From an uncultured virus (IMG/VR IMGVR_UViG_3300031521_000020) (taxonomy: Duplodnaviria; Heunggongvirae; Uroviricota; Caudoviricetes), in the IMG/VR virus record IMGVR_UViG_3300031521_000020: DNA of 64,000 bases; one strand, given 5' to 3'. Under the pieces are notes generated by a model, which saw only the letters and a list, made by a program, of their open reading frames with translations, searched no databases and was not told the DNA's origin. Below, piece after piece: positions 28,639 to 38,347 of the stretch (positions are counted from its first letter, which is position 1; each line of letters starts with the position of its first letter). Position numbers and translations under genes: made by a program.

Positions 28639-28646
28639 TATAAATA
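28639..28646 (-). promoter_or_regulatory. TATTTATA putative phage promoter motif
   Basis: 13 nt upstream of RHH start. Confidence 0.45.
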
Positions 28647-28715
28647 TACGGGAATGGAATTTATTCACGTTTTTATTTAAATTAATTTCCAAAAACTTGT
28701 TATTTATAAATTATT

Positions 28716-29396
28716 CTAAATAGCCTTAATTAATAGTGGGGTTACTCCTCCTTGAAAACAGCCACATATGGGCAGTAATCCGTCACCCCTGGCATCACAA
28801 TTAGGTAATTTAGTTATACCATTATAATAAGTCTTTTTATATTTATCTTCAATCTTTGATACTTCAATAAGAACGTGAAATCCCCCGTGAGTTTGCACAA
28901 AAGTTATTGCACTCTCGTTAATTACTTCAACAATACTTGACTTCATTTCTTCAATAGTTGTATTATCAAAGTCAAAATCCATAAAAACAGTTCTACTACA
29001 AGCTTTTTGGATAGCTGTTAATGCTTCAGCTTGTGGGTTATATCCGCTATATTTATCAAAACATAAATCTATTAACTTTTTAGCTAAATTCTTACCAGCT
29101 TTCTCGTAACTTCTTGGGTTTGGTGTGATATATAAACACATTGATTCAACAGGAATTGGTTCACCTTTGTATTTATATGTGCCAAGTTCACATTCCATTT
29201 GTTTAATTTTATCAAATAAAAATTCTTTATTTGATGTTATTCTCTTCAATTGAACCTTATCTTTTAATAATTTATCGGTATATTTATTACGACATAATAA
29301 TGTAACATAGTATCCCTCCCCATCTTCTAACTCTGGCAACCAATCTATAAAATTACACAAAGCAACTTCGTCAGTGATTATCTTATAATTTTCCAT
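28716..29396 (-). CDS. Archaeo-eukaryotic primase (AEP) superfamily-like protein
   Basis: FMDFDFD (DxD), THGGFH (motif II), later D. Confidence 0.5.
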   Translation of the reverse strand: MENYKIITDEVALCNFIDWLPELEDGEGYYVTLLCRNKYTDKLLKDKVQLKRITSNKEFLFDKIKQMECELGTYKYKGEPIPVESMCLYITPNPRSYEKAGKNLAKKLIDLCFDKYSGYNPQAEALTAIQKACSRTVFMDFDFDNTTIEEMKSSIVEVINESAITFVQTHGGFHVLIEVSKIEDKYKKTYYNGITKLPNCDARGDGLLPICGCFQGGVTPLLIKAI

Positions 29397-29399
29397 ATA

Positions 29400-29639
29400 T
29401 TATTTGTATTTTCTAATTAGTTTAAATATTTCATTCAAATCACTAAATTTAAAATCCCCATCACGTTTTATTGGATAATAACCAAGTGTAAAACCATGAT
29501 TTGCTTGGAATTTTTCAACAACTTTTTTATTATTAATTTTATCAATATAAATCCACGGAAAATTAGCACATAAATTAAGATTAATACCAATCTTTTTTAA
29601 ACGATCAACGAATTTAGTTAATTCAATGAAGTTTTCCAT
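29400..29639 (-). CDS. hypothetical protein
   Basis: ORF; N.PWIY..IN...V.E motif. Confidence 0.75.
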   Translation of the reverse strand: MENFIELTKFVDRLKKIGINLNLCANFPWIYIDKINNKKVVEKFQANHGFTLGYYPIKRDGDFKFSDLNEIFKLIRKYK

Positions 29640-29642
29640 AGA

Positions 29643-29891
29643 TTATTTTTGAAGTGAATATAATTTAATTTCATTTAAACAGTTAGGACATTGCACAATA
29701 CGATAATTAACATCTTCTTTTGTTTCAATTTGTACACCTGTTTCATCAAAACCAATTGTTTTAACCGAGCATTTATATGTATCTAAATGTTCACCATTTA
29801 ATGGTATAATAGTTTTACAAATTTTACATTTTTTTTGAGCTGGAACATCCAATCCCATAAGAGATCGTAATAAATAAGATAGTGAATTCAT
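29643..29891 (-). CDS. hypothetical zinc-finger protein
   Basis: CKIC..CPNC. Confidence 0.65.
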   Translation of the reverse strand: MNSLSYLLRSLMGLDVPAQKKCKICKTIIPLNGEHLDTYKCSVKTIGFDETGVQIETKEDVNYRIVQCPNCLNEIKLYSLQK

Positions 29892-29895
29892 AATT

Positions 29896-30138
29896 TTATT
29901 TTAGATTTTTAATTTTAAGTTTTTTATTTATTTCAACTAATCTACTATAATTATCTATAGTAGCTGAATAATATGTGGTATCAATTTTAATAATAACTAT
30001 ATAATCGAGTATAGTTCCATAACCATTTTTTGCGACATAAGTTGTATCAATAACCTCATAGTCATAAACTTTTGATAAATCCTTTGTACACGAGGAAAAT
30101 AGTAAAATAGCAAAAATAAGTGGTATTAATTTTTTCAT
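29896..30138 (-). CDS. putative lipoprotein
   Basis: MKK + hydrophobic stretch + FSSC lipobox. Confidence 0.7.
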   Translation of the reverse strand: MKKLIPLIFAILLFSSCTKDLSKVYDYEVIDTTYVAKNGYGTILDYIVIIKIDTTYYSATIDNYSRLVEINKKLKIKNLK

Positions 30139-30398
30139 GACATTAATAGTTTTAAAATTGAATCTTCATCTATAACACGTTCGATATGATAACCACCAGC
30201 CCTAACACCATCGTATTCTATTTTTTTATCTATTAATTTAGCATTATTTATCGCGTCGGATACGCCCTGATTATAAACGTCTTTCATAACATCAATTACC
30301 ATTTCGGCATATTTTGAATCTACAGGTGCTAAACTCCAATACGACTTTGTATCGCGATATCTATTTTGGAGCATTTCTTTAAGTTTTTCTTCTGTCAT
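30135..30398 (-). CDS. hypothetical protein
   Basis: ORF. Confidence 0.7.
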   Translation of the reverse strand: MTEEKLKEMLQNRYRDTKSYWSLAPVDSKYAEMVIDVMKDVYNQGVSDAINNAKLIDKKIEYDGVRAGGYHIERVIDEDSILKLLMS

Positions 30399-30416
30399 AT
30401 TATATTATATAATCTA

Positions 30417-30689
30417 TTATTTTATTATTAATAAGTTATTTTTATTTTCAGTACTCAAATGAGTATCTACTTTGGGTTTAAATGTAAAAAATATTAATTC
30501 ATTTAATTCATATACTGGTCCAGCAACTGATTTTATTTTAATAACTGGTTTAAACATTTCCCATTTGGAACCTCTACATTCTTGGATTATTATACAATTT
30601 TCAACAGTTCCAATCCAGTCACATTCCTTCTTATCACCATATTTGGAGATATATTTGAAGTTTTTACCTATTAAATCGTTCAGCTCCAT
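30417..30689 (-). CDS. hypothetical protein
   Basis: ORF. Confidence 0.65.
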   Translation of the reverse strand: MELNDLIGKNFKYISKYGDKKECDWIGTVENCIIIQECRGSKWEMFKPVIKIKSVAGPVYELNELIFFTFKPKVDTHLSTENKNNLLIIK

Positions 30690-30885
30690 ATATTATTATT
30701 TTGGTTTACAATTAATAAATTCTTTAGTATACACTACTTTATCGAATGAATATTCAGTAATAAATTTACCGTAATTTCTTCGGTTATACCGTCTCCAACA
30801 TATGGTATTTTTCGCTTTGAAATGTCACATATTAAACAAATATCAGTAAGTTCATCAAATTTATGATAGTATTTCTCCTGACCCA

Positions 30886-31164
30886 CTATTCTTCAATTTT
30901 TAAAGCATAAACAGACGCATATTCATATAAGAATTTTGTTTTAACCATATCTGGATGCATTTCAGGAAATTTTTCTTCCAAAGTGTTAATACATGAATGA
31001 AACCAGTTTTTATATTCATTTTCTGTTAATGTATAATTCTCTTGCCAATGAACACCGTTGACGGATGCATTTTTAAACTTTTTAATGTCCTTAACGGTAA
31101 TACTGTATTTTTCTAATGACTTGTTAATAATCAAATTCCTGATTTCTTCACATACAAACTCCAT
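30886..31164 (-). CDS. hypothetical protein
   Basis: ORF after promoter. Confidence 0.7.
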   Translation of the reverse strand: MEFVCEEIRNLIINKSLEKYSITVKDIKKFKNASVNGVHWQENYTLTENEYKNWFHSCINTLEEKFPEMHPDMVKTKFLYEYASVYALKIEE

Positions 31165-31214
31165 AATGTTTTAATTTTTTAAATTGTTTTTATCTGTTTA
31201 ATAATTTTATAATA

Positions 31215-31246
31215 CAAAGATAAGTAAATTAATTGATTTAAGCAAA
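31215..31246 (-). promoter_or_regulatory. Bacteroidetes-type promoter
   Basis: TTTG-N20-TATCTTTG. Confidence 0.8.
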
Positions 31247-31256
31247 ACAATTAACC

Positions 31257-31517
31257 CTAAAATTGTTCTAATAATGAAATTATTTTTTTAGGTAGTTTCA
31301 TATCTTGCATATCTTGTTTTATTATGATATTATCATCTTTTCGAACAATCATATATTCTAAACCAGCAGTTGGTAAAACTCTATATGTAACAATATAAAA
31401 TTCATCCGTTTCATAGTAATGCTCATATAAATATATTTTGGTTAACTTTATCCACTTACCAATAATTGAGTCAGTTATAACCCTATCAGATTTTATTTTC
31501 TTCTTTATTAATTTCAT
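31257..31517 (-). CDS. hypothetical protein
   Basis: ORF. Confidence 0.6.
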   Translation of the reverse strand: MKLIKKKIKSDRVITDSIIGKWIKLTKIYLYEHYYETDEFYIVTYRVLPTAGLEYMIVRKDDNIIIKQDMQDMKLPKKIISLLEQF

Positions 31518-31526
31518 TAAAATTAT

Positions 31527-31712
31527 TTATTTTTCAAATATTACAATCATTTCATATGCATTACTTGTTACATTTTTAAAAGGCTTCAATTGACTTGAAA
31601 TAACCTTATAACCCATATTTCCCATTTCATTTAATTTATCCTCTAATATTTGATTATAACGGGTTGTACCGTAAGGATATTCGAATATATGATATTTAAA
31701 ATTACTTTCCAT
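31527..31712 (-). CDS. DUF4177-like small protein
   Basis: LEDKLNEMG..GY.V...IFEK pattern. Confidence 0.55.
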   Translation of the reverse strand: MESNFKYHIFEYPYGTTRYNQILEDKLNEMGNMGYKVISSQLKPFKNVTSNAYEMIVIFEK

Positions 31713-31715
31713 ATT

Positions 31716-32345
31716 TTAGTTTTCTAATTTTTTAAAATCTGTTTCTTTGATCATTTTACTGATTTTATTAGTATATTGTGGATCACTACCATAAACACCT
31801 GTTGATAAAAATCTTAGATATTCAGCCTGTGAAAGTGTATTTAAATTATTTTCAAACCCATATATAATATAGTCCGTTACCGATTCTTTCCAATTACTAT
31901 ATTTCTGAAATTCACCGCTTTCTGCACCACCAACACAAACTCTTGAATTCGATATTTTCATACCAAACAAGTTATTTGCTCTTAAATATAAAGGTGAACT
32001 GTAAGAAGATGATTCATGTTTAGCTTGACAAAATATAATTTCAGGGTTTCCAACCCTTGTTTTAAGAAGATACTGGTATAGTTTAGCATCCGAAATAGTC
32101 GAATCTTTTTTTATTGTTGTTAAAAATTCTTTAGGTGCCTTTATGACTAAATTTAATTTTTCATTCACCTCACTCGCTTTACCTATTAATAAGATAAAAT
32201 TTGAAAGTAATAATACACCAAGACCAATAAATAACCAATTAGTCAAGGAAATTTTTTTAACTAAAAAAGTAAAATACCCAAGTATGTATAATACCGAAAC
32301 TGTTAGTACGCATAGTACCGTGAAAACTATAAATAAATTATTCAT
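31716..32345 (-). CDS. Membrane-anchored GH73 glucosaminidase-like peptidoglycan hydrolase
   Basis: QAKHES, NNLFGMK, F..Y..W.ESV.DY, YGSDPQY; two N-term TM. Confidence 0.8.
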   Translation of the reverse strand: MNNLFIVFTVLCVLTVSVLYILGYFTFLVKKISLTNWLFIGLGVLLLSNFILLIGKASEVNEKLNLVIKAPKEFLTTIKKDSTISDAKLYQYLLKTRVGNPEIIFCQAKHESSSYSSPLYLRANNLFGMKISNSRVCVGGAESGEFQKYSNWKESVTDYIIYGFENNLNTLSQAEYLRFLSTGVYGSDPQYTNKISKMIKETDFKKLEN

Positions 32346-32387
32346 TCTATATTTTTTATTTTTTAAATTAATACTATATCAATATAT

Positions 32388-32801
32388 TTATATTGACTTT
32401 TTGATTTCTCTGATTTGTTTTTCTAATTCTATGATTTGTTTTTCTTTCTCTTTTTCTGATTTTTCATATTTAATATGCATATCTATCTCATCAGGAGTTG
32501 ATCGTCTAATTTCTAATCCAATAAGCTCACAACACAAATGATCAGAATGATATACTATTTGGGCGAAATTACAACCATCTTCTTTAATAGTGGTAAGTAT
32601 TTTAATCATTTCATCGATATAAACAGGGCAAATATGTTTATATAACCCACCGTTAATATCAATTTCAAAAAATGTGGAATCTTCATTCCTAGTATCTAAA
32701 GCATTCTCGACAGCTTCAAAATATTCGGTAGTTGCAATCACATCCGTCAAAGATGTTCTTGTTACAAAATAATCTGTTTTATCTTCATCTATTTTTTCCA
32801 T
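32388..32801 (-). CDS. hypothetical protein
   Basis: ORF. Confidence 0.7.
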   Translation of the reverse strand: MEKIDEDKTDYFVTRTSLTDVIATTEYFEAVENALDTRNEDSTFFEIDINGGLYKHICPVYIDEMIKILTTIKEDGCNFAQIVYHSDHLCCELIGLEIRRSTPDEIDMHIKYEKSEKEKEKQIIELEKQIREIKKSI

Positions 32802-32809
32802 AATATAAA

Positions 32810-33058
32810 TTATTTTTTTAATTCACTTTGATATGATTGAAGTAATTCATTCTCATATACTAATAGTTCTTTAGCATATTCTGATGCCATATTAGCTGAA
32901 TGTTTTTGTGAAAGAGTAGGTTTATTTGGCTTAACAGGATATTCACATATTGATCGTTCTACATAAGTTAGTAAACCACTAAAACTATAATGAGAACCTT
33001 CGTTCGTGTACCACCAATTCTTTATTTCTTCAACCGTTTTAAATACTTTTTGTTCCAT
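32810..33058 (-). CDS. hypothetical protein
   Basis: ORF. Confidence 0.65.
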   Translation of the reverse strand: MEQKVFKTVEEIKNWWYTNEGSHYSFSGLLTYVERSICEYPVKPNKPTLSQKHSANMASEYAKELLVYENELLQSYQSELKK

Positions 33059-33072
33059 AACATTTTTACTTT

Positions 33073-33321
33073 TTATTTGTTTAATTGATATAAATTTTCT
33101 AAAGCATCGAAAAATTTACCTTCATCAACTGTAGCTATATTATTATATGTGTTAACATAGCTAATAAGTCCACCACCAAAATCTCTTCGTTCATATCTCA
33201 TATGAACCATTTCACCAACCAATACATTATGAGGTTCATACCATTCAATATATGTTCTTGGTCTATTTTCAATAACTATTTTAGCCTCTTCAAATACCCA
33301 TTTAATTTCTTCTTTTTCCAT
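33073..33321 (-). CDS. hypothetical protein
   Basis: ORF after promoter. Confidence 0.7.
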   Translation of the reverse strand: MEKEEIKWVFEEAKIVIENRPRTYIEWYEPHNVLVGEMVHMRYERRDFGGGLISYVNTYNNIATVDEGKFFDALENLYQLNK

Positions 33322-33348
33322 AATAAGTTATTATTTAATTTTATAATG

Positions 33349-33380
33349 CAAAGATAATTTAAATAATCGATTTAAGCAAT
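33349..33380 (-). promoter_or_regulatory. Bacteroidetes-type promoter
   Basis: ATTG-N20-TATCTTTG. Confidence 0.7.
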
Positions 33381-33929
33381 TATTTTAACATTATTTAGAA
33401 TATCAATTACCTTTTGTGTACATATATCTGTTAAACCGTAACCGTAATCTATTTTATCTATGTGATCATGGTTTTCGCTACATTGAACATAGTTATCTTT
33501 TTGGTTAAATAAAAAATCTGTGTCGTCGTCAACACAAGCCCACGATTCAATTTCTCCAAATTTTTCACTTTCGTGATTGAGCCAATATTCTATTTCACAC
33601 CCTCTTGGTATTGAATATCCACCAATTGATTCTGTTGGGTGCCTTGATAATTTATCATTCCAAAATTGAATAGAACCACCTTTTTGTAACCGTAGTGTAG
33701 GTGTCACATCAAGTATTTCCCCTGGATAATTTCTAAATCCCCACATATCTTGAATAAATTTTAAACCACTTTGTCTCCAAGAAGATGTAATTATGATCTT
33801 ACAATCAGTCTCATCAATTATTCGTTTAAGATTTGACACAAAATGTTTATGAAATATCGAACCAAAATCATCAAATCCTTCGGGTATAACGTTTAAAACA
33901 CCATCAAAATCAAGAAATAGGTACTTCAT
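33372..33929 (-). CDS. HAD-superfamily phosphatase (Swiss-Army-Knife RNA-repair type)
   Basis: LFLDFDGVLN, IIITSSWR, RG.EI..WL, VDDD, GLT. Confidence 0.85.
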   Translation of the reverse strand: MKYLFLDFDGVLNVIPEGFDDFGSIFHKHFVSNLKRIIDETDCKIIITSSWRQSGLKFIQDMWGFRNYPGEILDVTPTLRLQKGGSIQFWNDKLSRHPTESIGGYSIPRGCEIEYWLNHESEKFGEIESWACVDDDTDFLFNQKDNYVQCSENHDHIDKIDYGYGLTDICTQKVIDILNNVKIIA

Positions 33930-33955
33930 AAATTTTACATATTTAAATTATATTA

Positions 33956-33987
33956 CAAATGTACTTTAATTTATTGGTTAAAACAAG
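33956..33987 (-). promoter_or_regulatory. Bacteroidetes-type promoter
   Basis: CTTG-N20-TACATTTG. Confidence 0.75.
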
Positions 33988-34001
33988 TCAATTAACTTTA
34001 T

Positions 34002-34988
34002 TTAAATAATATGCTCTTTTCTATTTCCTTTAGCATCAAAAATAAGAAATTCATGCGGAAAGCCACCTCTGATAACGGCATCTTCTTTCATTTTAATTAA
34101 ATCAACGTTTAATTTTATTGTGTAAGTTGATTTTACTTCGTATATTTTATTCTCACTTTTAATATAAATGTCTGGAAAGTATCTTCTATTCTTATTTACT
34201 TTTAAATCGTAAAACATAATTTTTCCTATTATATTTTCGATTTCTTTATTACCTATCACAATATCATCTTCTACATATCCATTGGCTAACAAATATTGTA
34301 ACCCATAATGTTCATAACCTTGATAACTTACTATTCTTCCAGATGGAAGAGTATATTTTTTTGCACATATTCCAGTTAAAAATTTTTTATCCATAATTTC
34401 CGCAACTTGACTAATATTAGTAATATTGTCTCCATATTTTAATTGTAATTTCTTAATTATTTTATTCTTAATCTTAGTAGACTGGAGCGCATATTCGACA
34501 CCGTAGTGTAATTTACAAGTAGTGATTTTCTGTTTTTTAATAATCTCAGATTGTGATATATTATCAACACCATAAACCCTAAGTGAAGATTGTTTTTTCT
34601 GTTCTTTAATTTCTTTAGATTGCGAAATATTATCAACACCATATTTTTTTATTGCTGATTGTTTCTTTTTTTCTTTAATTTCTTTTAATTGAGAGAAATT
34701 AGTAACCCCAAATTCATCTTTTAAATTTCTATTTGTTTTTCTCATTTTACATTTACTAGAACATACAAATCCCTTTTTACAGTTCATATATTGTTTAAAA
34801 GGTACATCCACAATTTTTCCACATTCAGAGCAAACACACTTAACTCTTTCAGATGTTGAAGGGTTTAGATTACTTGAGGTTACAGTTATAATTTCGCCAT
34901 AAACACAATTATACCCAATTTTTTTATAATAGCTAATATTTCTTCCATATATTTTTATTTGATGCGTTTGTTCTATTAGATTATCCAT
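34002..34988 (-). CDS. Free-standing endonuclease-like protein: Zn finger, YGVxN.SQ repeats, PD-(D/E)xK C-terminus
   Basis: CSECG..C; repeated KYGVDNISQS.EIK; QGYE, RYFPDIYI..ENKIYEVKS. Confidence 0.75.
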   Translation of the reverse strand: MDNLIEQTHQIKIYGRNISYYKKIGYNCVYGEIITVTSSNLNPSTSERVKCVCSECGKIVDVPFKQYMNCKKGFVCSSKCKMRKTNRNLKDEFGVTNFSQLKEIKEKKKQSAIKKYGVDNISQSKEIKEQKKQSSLRVYGVDNISQSEIIKKQKITTCKLHYGVEYALQSTKIKNKIIKKLQLKYGDNITNISQVAEIMDKKFLTGICAKKYTLPSGRIVSYQGYEHYGLQYLLANGYVEDDIVIGNKEIENIIGKIMFYDLKVNKNRRYFPDIYIKSENKIYEVKSTYTIKLNVDLIKMKEDAVIRGGFPHEFLIFDAKGNRKEHII

Positions 34989-35001
34989 AATTTTCTTTTA
35001 C

Positions 35002-35009
35002 TATAAATA
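35002..35009 (-). promoter_or_regulatory. TATTTATA putative phage promoter motif
   Basis: 13 nt upstream of ATG 34988. Confidence 0.45.
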
Positions 35010-35068
35010 GTAAGAAAATTATTTTTCTTCTAAATCATCATCAATTATTATATACTATTTTTACACAT

Positions 35069-35094
35069 AAAAAAGACTCACAAAAGCAAGTCTA
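35069..35094 (-). terminator. Rho-independent terminator
   Basis: AGACTTGC..GTGAGTCT + T run. Confidence 0.6.
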
Positions 35095-35132
35095 TTAAGT
35101 AATTTTAATATTTTATTTTAATAATGATGATA

Positions 35133-36005
35133 TTATAGCGGTGTGTTGTCTGTTCCAGAATAAAGAACTATTTTATCAATAACAGCTTGGGTTATTTCAT
35201 CAATGGTTTTCATTGGTTTATTTTTTCCTTTGATTTTAATATAGTTTGTTTTATTTACATATCTTCCGCCCATTGGTGAAAAAGACATTTCAGTATCGAC
35301 ATTCTTTTGGTTAAAAACAATATAAAAATCACCGCTCATATAATCTAAGATTGGAAATCTACCTGTAAGTATATTTTTTAAACTAAGAAATACTTGATCG
35401 TGAATTTGTGTAAACATAGCTTCCGATACAACCCTTGGTCTATTTTTATTCTGAGCTCTTGCAACCTCAATATCATTAATTATCCATACAATATGAATAT
35501 TTTCCATTGAATAACCATATTCAACAACTTGATTTGAAACATATTCTAATTTTGCTAAATTTGCGAGGGTAACATCAAAAATCAAATTAGGTTTATTTTC
35601 TCTTCCAACCATTGCATTTAATAAATTTTCAACTTGCTTATCGGCAATTTGTAGTTCTTTGAATACATCGTGTAGAAATGAAACGTCATAAGGATTACGT
35701 AAATCAAGTTCAGTAATATCTCTACCTGTTAAACTTAAAACCTTGTCTTTAATCAACTTACTTCTTATACCAAGAGATTTTAGTTGGTCTACATCAAAAA
35801 CTTTCCCCTGTATACCAACAAGATTATTTAATACAAATCCTTTACCAACCCCCGTACCACCAGCTAAGATAACAACCTGATCGTAATTAGGTCTTCCACT
35901 ACCGAATGTGATAAGGTCTTCAGTTATGAATTGTTTTTCTTTTATTTCCTGAATTCCGCTTCTAACAAGTTTTGCTATGTTTTCTCTTAAGGTTTCTTTT
36001 TTCAT
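35133..36005 (-). CDS. P-loop kinase-like (zeta-toxin/AAA_33-like) protein
   Basis: LAGGTGVGKG, DVD, LIFD.T, ARAQN..R.R lid; N-term LRE/ITE leader. Confidence 0.7.
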   Translation of the reverse strand: MKKETLRENIAKLVRSGIQEIKEKQFITEDLITFGSGRPNYDQVVILAGGTGVGKGFVLNNLVGIQGKVFDVDQLKSLGIRSKLIKDKVLSLTGRDITELDLRNPYDVSFLHDVFKELQIADKQVENLLNAMVGRENKPNLIFDVTLANLAKLEYVSNQVVEYGYSMENIHIVWIINDIEVARAQNKNRPRVVSEAMFTQIHDQVFLSLKNILTGRFPILDYMSGDFYIVFNQKNVDTEMSFSPMGGRYVNKTNYIKIKGKNKPMKTIDEITQAVIDKIVLYSGTDNTPL

Positions 36006-36084
36006 GGTTTGTTTTATTTGTTATTATTTTTAATGTTACAAATTTATTAATAAATACTCAATAAACCAAATAAATAAACACATT

Positions 36085-36474
36085 TTAAAATAATGCTAAA
36101 ATTTCAATATCCAATGCGATATTAATAGCCTGTTCCATTCCTTTATATCTATCTTCATCGGGATAAGTTTCGTTAATTTCAACAACATCTTCCAATGCCA
36201 TTGTTGAAACACATACGAATCCTTTCCATTCATTTAATGAAACAGTTTCAACACCAACAATTAACTTATACTCATTGTATAACCAATTAATCACTTGTTG
36301 ATGTAATGGAGCTGAACACATTAAAGTTTCAGTTCTATTATAGTTTTTAGAGTTAAAAATATCTGAATACGTTGATAGCATACCGCAGTTATCGTAACAA
36401 GCAAAACAAGGTTCAGTAAAACCAAGCCTTTTTAGTTTCTTTGCAATTTCAAGTGAGACAAATTCTTTATTCAT
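36085..36474 (-). CDS. hypothetical conserved phage protein
   Basis: FVS.EIAK.LK.LGF.EPC...APL.QQV..W. Confidence 0.75.
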   Translation of the reverse strand: MNKEFVSLEIAKKLKRLGFTEPCFACYDNCGMLSTYSDIFNSKNYNRTETLMCSAPLHQQVINWLYNEYKLIVGVETVSLNEWKGFVCVSTMALEDVVEINETYPDEDRYKGMEQAINIALDIEILALF

Positions 36475-36486
36475 ATATTTATTTTA

Positions 36487-36810
36487 TTATTTTTTCATTC
36501 TTTTTGAATTATCAAATAGTCTAAAGTATTTCATACCATCAACCCCTGGGTTACAAAATATCATTGTAAAATCATCACCAACATAAACCCATTGGTTGTA
36601 AAATCTTTGCTTGTAAATTTCATCAACATAGTAGCCACCATCTTCAGAGTCAAACTCCTCATATGTGTCAGCATAATATACACTATCACCATCCTCATCC
36701 CAATACCTATTTAATTGATCATCTAAAGGATAAATCACCCAATCTTCTACAAACCCAACATGATCGTATATTTTCTGTAATGATTCTAAATAATTTTTAA
36801 TTAATTCCAT
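36487..36810 (-). CDS. hypothetical protein
   Basis: ORF. Confidence 0.75.
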   Translation of the reverse strand: MELIKNYLESLQKIYDHVGFVEDWVIYPLDDQLNRYWDEDGDSVYYADTYEEFDSEDGGYYVDEIYKQRFYNQWVYVGDDFTMIFCNPGVDGMKYFRLFDNSKRMKK

Positions 36811-37150
36811 GATTTATTTTATTATTTTTATAATATTTTGTTATTTGTTTAAAACGCTCTGGCCAACGATCAATTAGATGTATGTTATCAAAATCAATTT
36901 TTATTTTTATTGCTGGATGGTTAACGTATTTGGTGATGAACCTTTTTCTTCTATCAATTGAGTTTACTGTATTTGTAAAATTACAATTTATATCACAACT
37001 ATAAATAAATACAAATTCACTATACCTTGAAATGCCAGTTTTTAAATCATGTAAATTAACGAATCCCAAATCATGTTTACCTAATTTTATCATTCCCAGG
37101 TAATTAGATTCAAATATTTTACGATATTCAAGGTATTTTTCCTTTTTCAT
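36797..37150 (-). CDS. hypothetical protein
   Basis: ORF. Confidence 0.65.
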   Translation of the reverse strand: MKKEKYLEYRKIFESNYLGMIKLGKHDLGFVNLHDLKTGISRYSEFVFIYSCDINCNFTNTVNSIDRRKRFITKYVNHPAIKIKIDFDNIHLIDRWPERFKQITKYYKNNKINHGIN

Positions 37151-37158
37151 TATTATTA

Positions 37159-37860
37159 TTATAGTTCTAATATTAGACAGTTTTCTTTATAGCCTAAGCA
37201 ATCAATAAAATATATTTCACCATAATTTTTATTTATATAATATGAAATATCTTTAACTCTATTATGCCCAACAACCTGAATAACTCCTTTTAATGATTTA
37301 TTAAGTTCACTTTTATCAGCCCAAAATATACCACCAACATCTTTCCACCCACCCCTAATTTTACCAACTTGATATAATGCATTTAACTGATTTTCATCTT
37401 TCGGATTATTTAGTTGATCAGCTACGTTTAGTGTGATATCACCTTTAAACTCGTTTATAAACCAATTATGTTGTATTCCAGCGTGAGTCGCAACCACATT
37501 TTTATATTGCCAAGCGTTTTGGAATAAATCTTTATTGAAAGAATATAGGTCGTTTAGTTCCATCGCAATACTTTCCCTAAAACGAGAACATTTAAATATT
37601 GGATAGTTTAAATACCAGTAACTTAAATCGTGGTTCCCTTTTAGGACAATAACACTATTCATATTTTTACGTTTGAAATCAATAATGTCTTGAAAATTTT
37701 CAATCATTTCTTCATCAGAAATAACCATACCCATATCATTATCAACATAGTCACCAGAGAACACGAAAAAGTTAATGGTTGGATCTTTTATGAATTTTTT
37801 CCAAACAGATTTTCCGTGGATGTCCCCTATGAAACATATTTTAATAGTGTCGTTATTCAT
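37159..37860 (-). CDS. Calcineurin-like metallophosphoesterase
   Basis: GDIHG, GDYVD, GNHD, THAG, VGH. Confidence 0.9.
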   Translation of the reverse strand: MNNDTIKICFIGDIHGKSVWKKFIKDPTINFFVFSGDYVDNDMGMVISDEEMIENFQDIIDFKRKNMNSVIVLKGNHDLSYWYLNYPIFKCSRFRESIAMELNDLYSFNKDLFQNAWQYKNVVATHAGIQHNWFINEFKGDITLNVADQLNNPKDENQLNALYQVGKIRGGWKDVGGIFWADKSELNKSLKGVIQVVGHNRVKDISYYINKNYGEIYFIDCLGYKENCLILEL

Positions 37861-38074
37861 TACAGATAGTTATAATTGGGTCTGTATTAGTTTCAATAAC
37901 GCCAATACCAGCTTCCTTCATTAATCTTTTAGCTCTTTCCATATATACTGACATATGTTTCATACCAACTGTTGGTGGGCCAATAATTAATTCTAATTCA
38001 GTTGGATTAATCCCATTTGATAATATATTATCAATATCGATTATTCCAGTTTTAATATTATTATTATTTTTCAT
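37853..38074 (-). CDS. hypothetical protein (resembles RecA/DnaB N-terminal ATPase fragment)
   Basis: IKTG..DIDNIL..G...EL.LIIGPPTVG, Walker A Lys absent. Confidence 0.5.
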   Translation of the reverse strand: MKNNNNIKTGIIDIDNILSNGINPTELELIIGPPTVGMKHMSVYMERAKRLMKEAGIGVIETNTDPIITICNE

Positions 38075-38076
38075 TA

Positions 38077-38259
38077 TTATAATTTTCTTAATTCATTTAA
38101 TTGGTTCATAGCATCCATAATTTTTTTATTAAATTCTACGGAATAGCAATCAGAACCCCAAGTATCTGGATTAATAACCACCAATAATGACTTATAGGCA
38201 TCTAATATGTGTTCTCTTGCATTTTCCAATGCATCATCTGCTGTCGTCCTTACGCTCAT
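38077..38259 (-). CDS. hypothetical protein
   Basis: ORF; start trimmed to MSVRTT. Confidence 0.65.
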   Translation of the reverse strand: MSVRTTADDALENAREHILDAYKSLLVVINPDTWGSDCYSVEFNKKIMDAMNQLNELRKL

Positions 38260-38347
38260 AATATTTATTTTTTTATAATTTATTTTATGTGACAAAAGTA
38301 AATAATTTAATTGATATATCAAAATATTTTAACAAATATCATATAAT

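Noticed and set aside
12932..34988. Endonucleases as parts of group I introns or inteins
   Set aside because: Flanking genes appear complete, and no intron core or intein termini were recognised
35133..36005. Zeta toxin of an epsilon-zeta TA system
   Set aside because: No adjacent antitoxin candidate; only a generic P-loop kinase fold is supported
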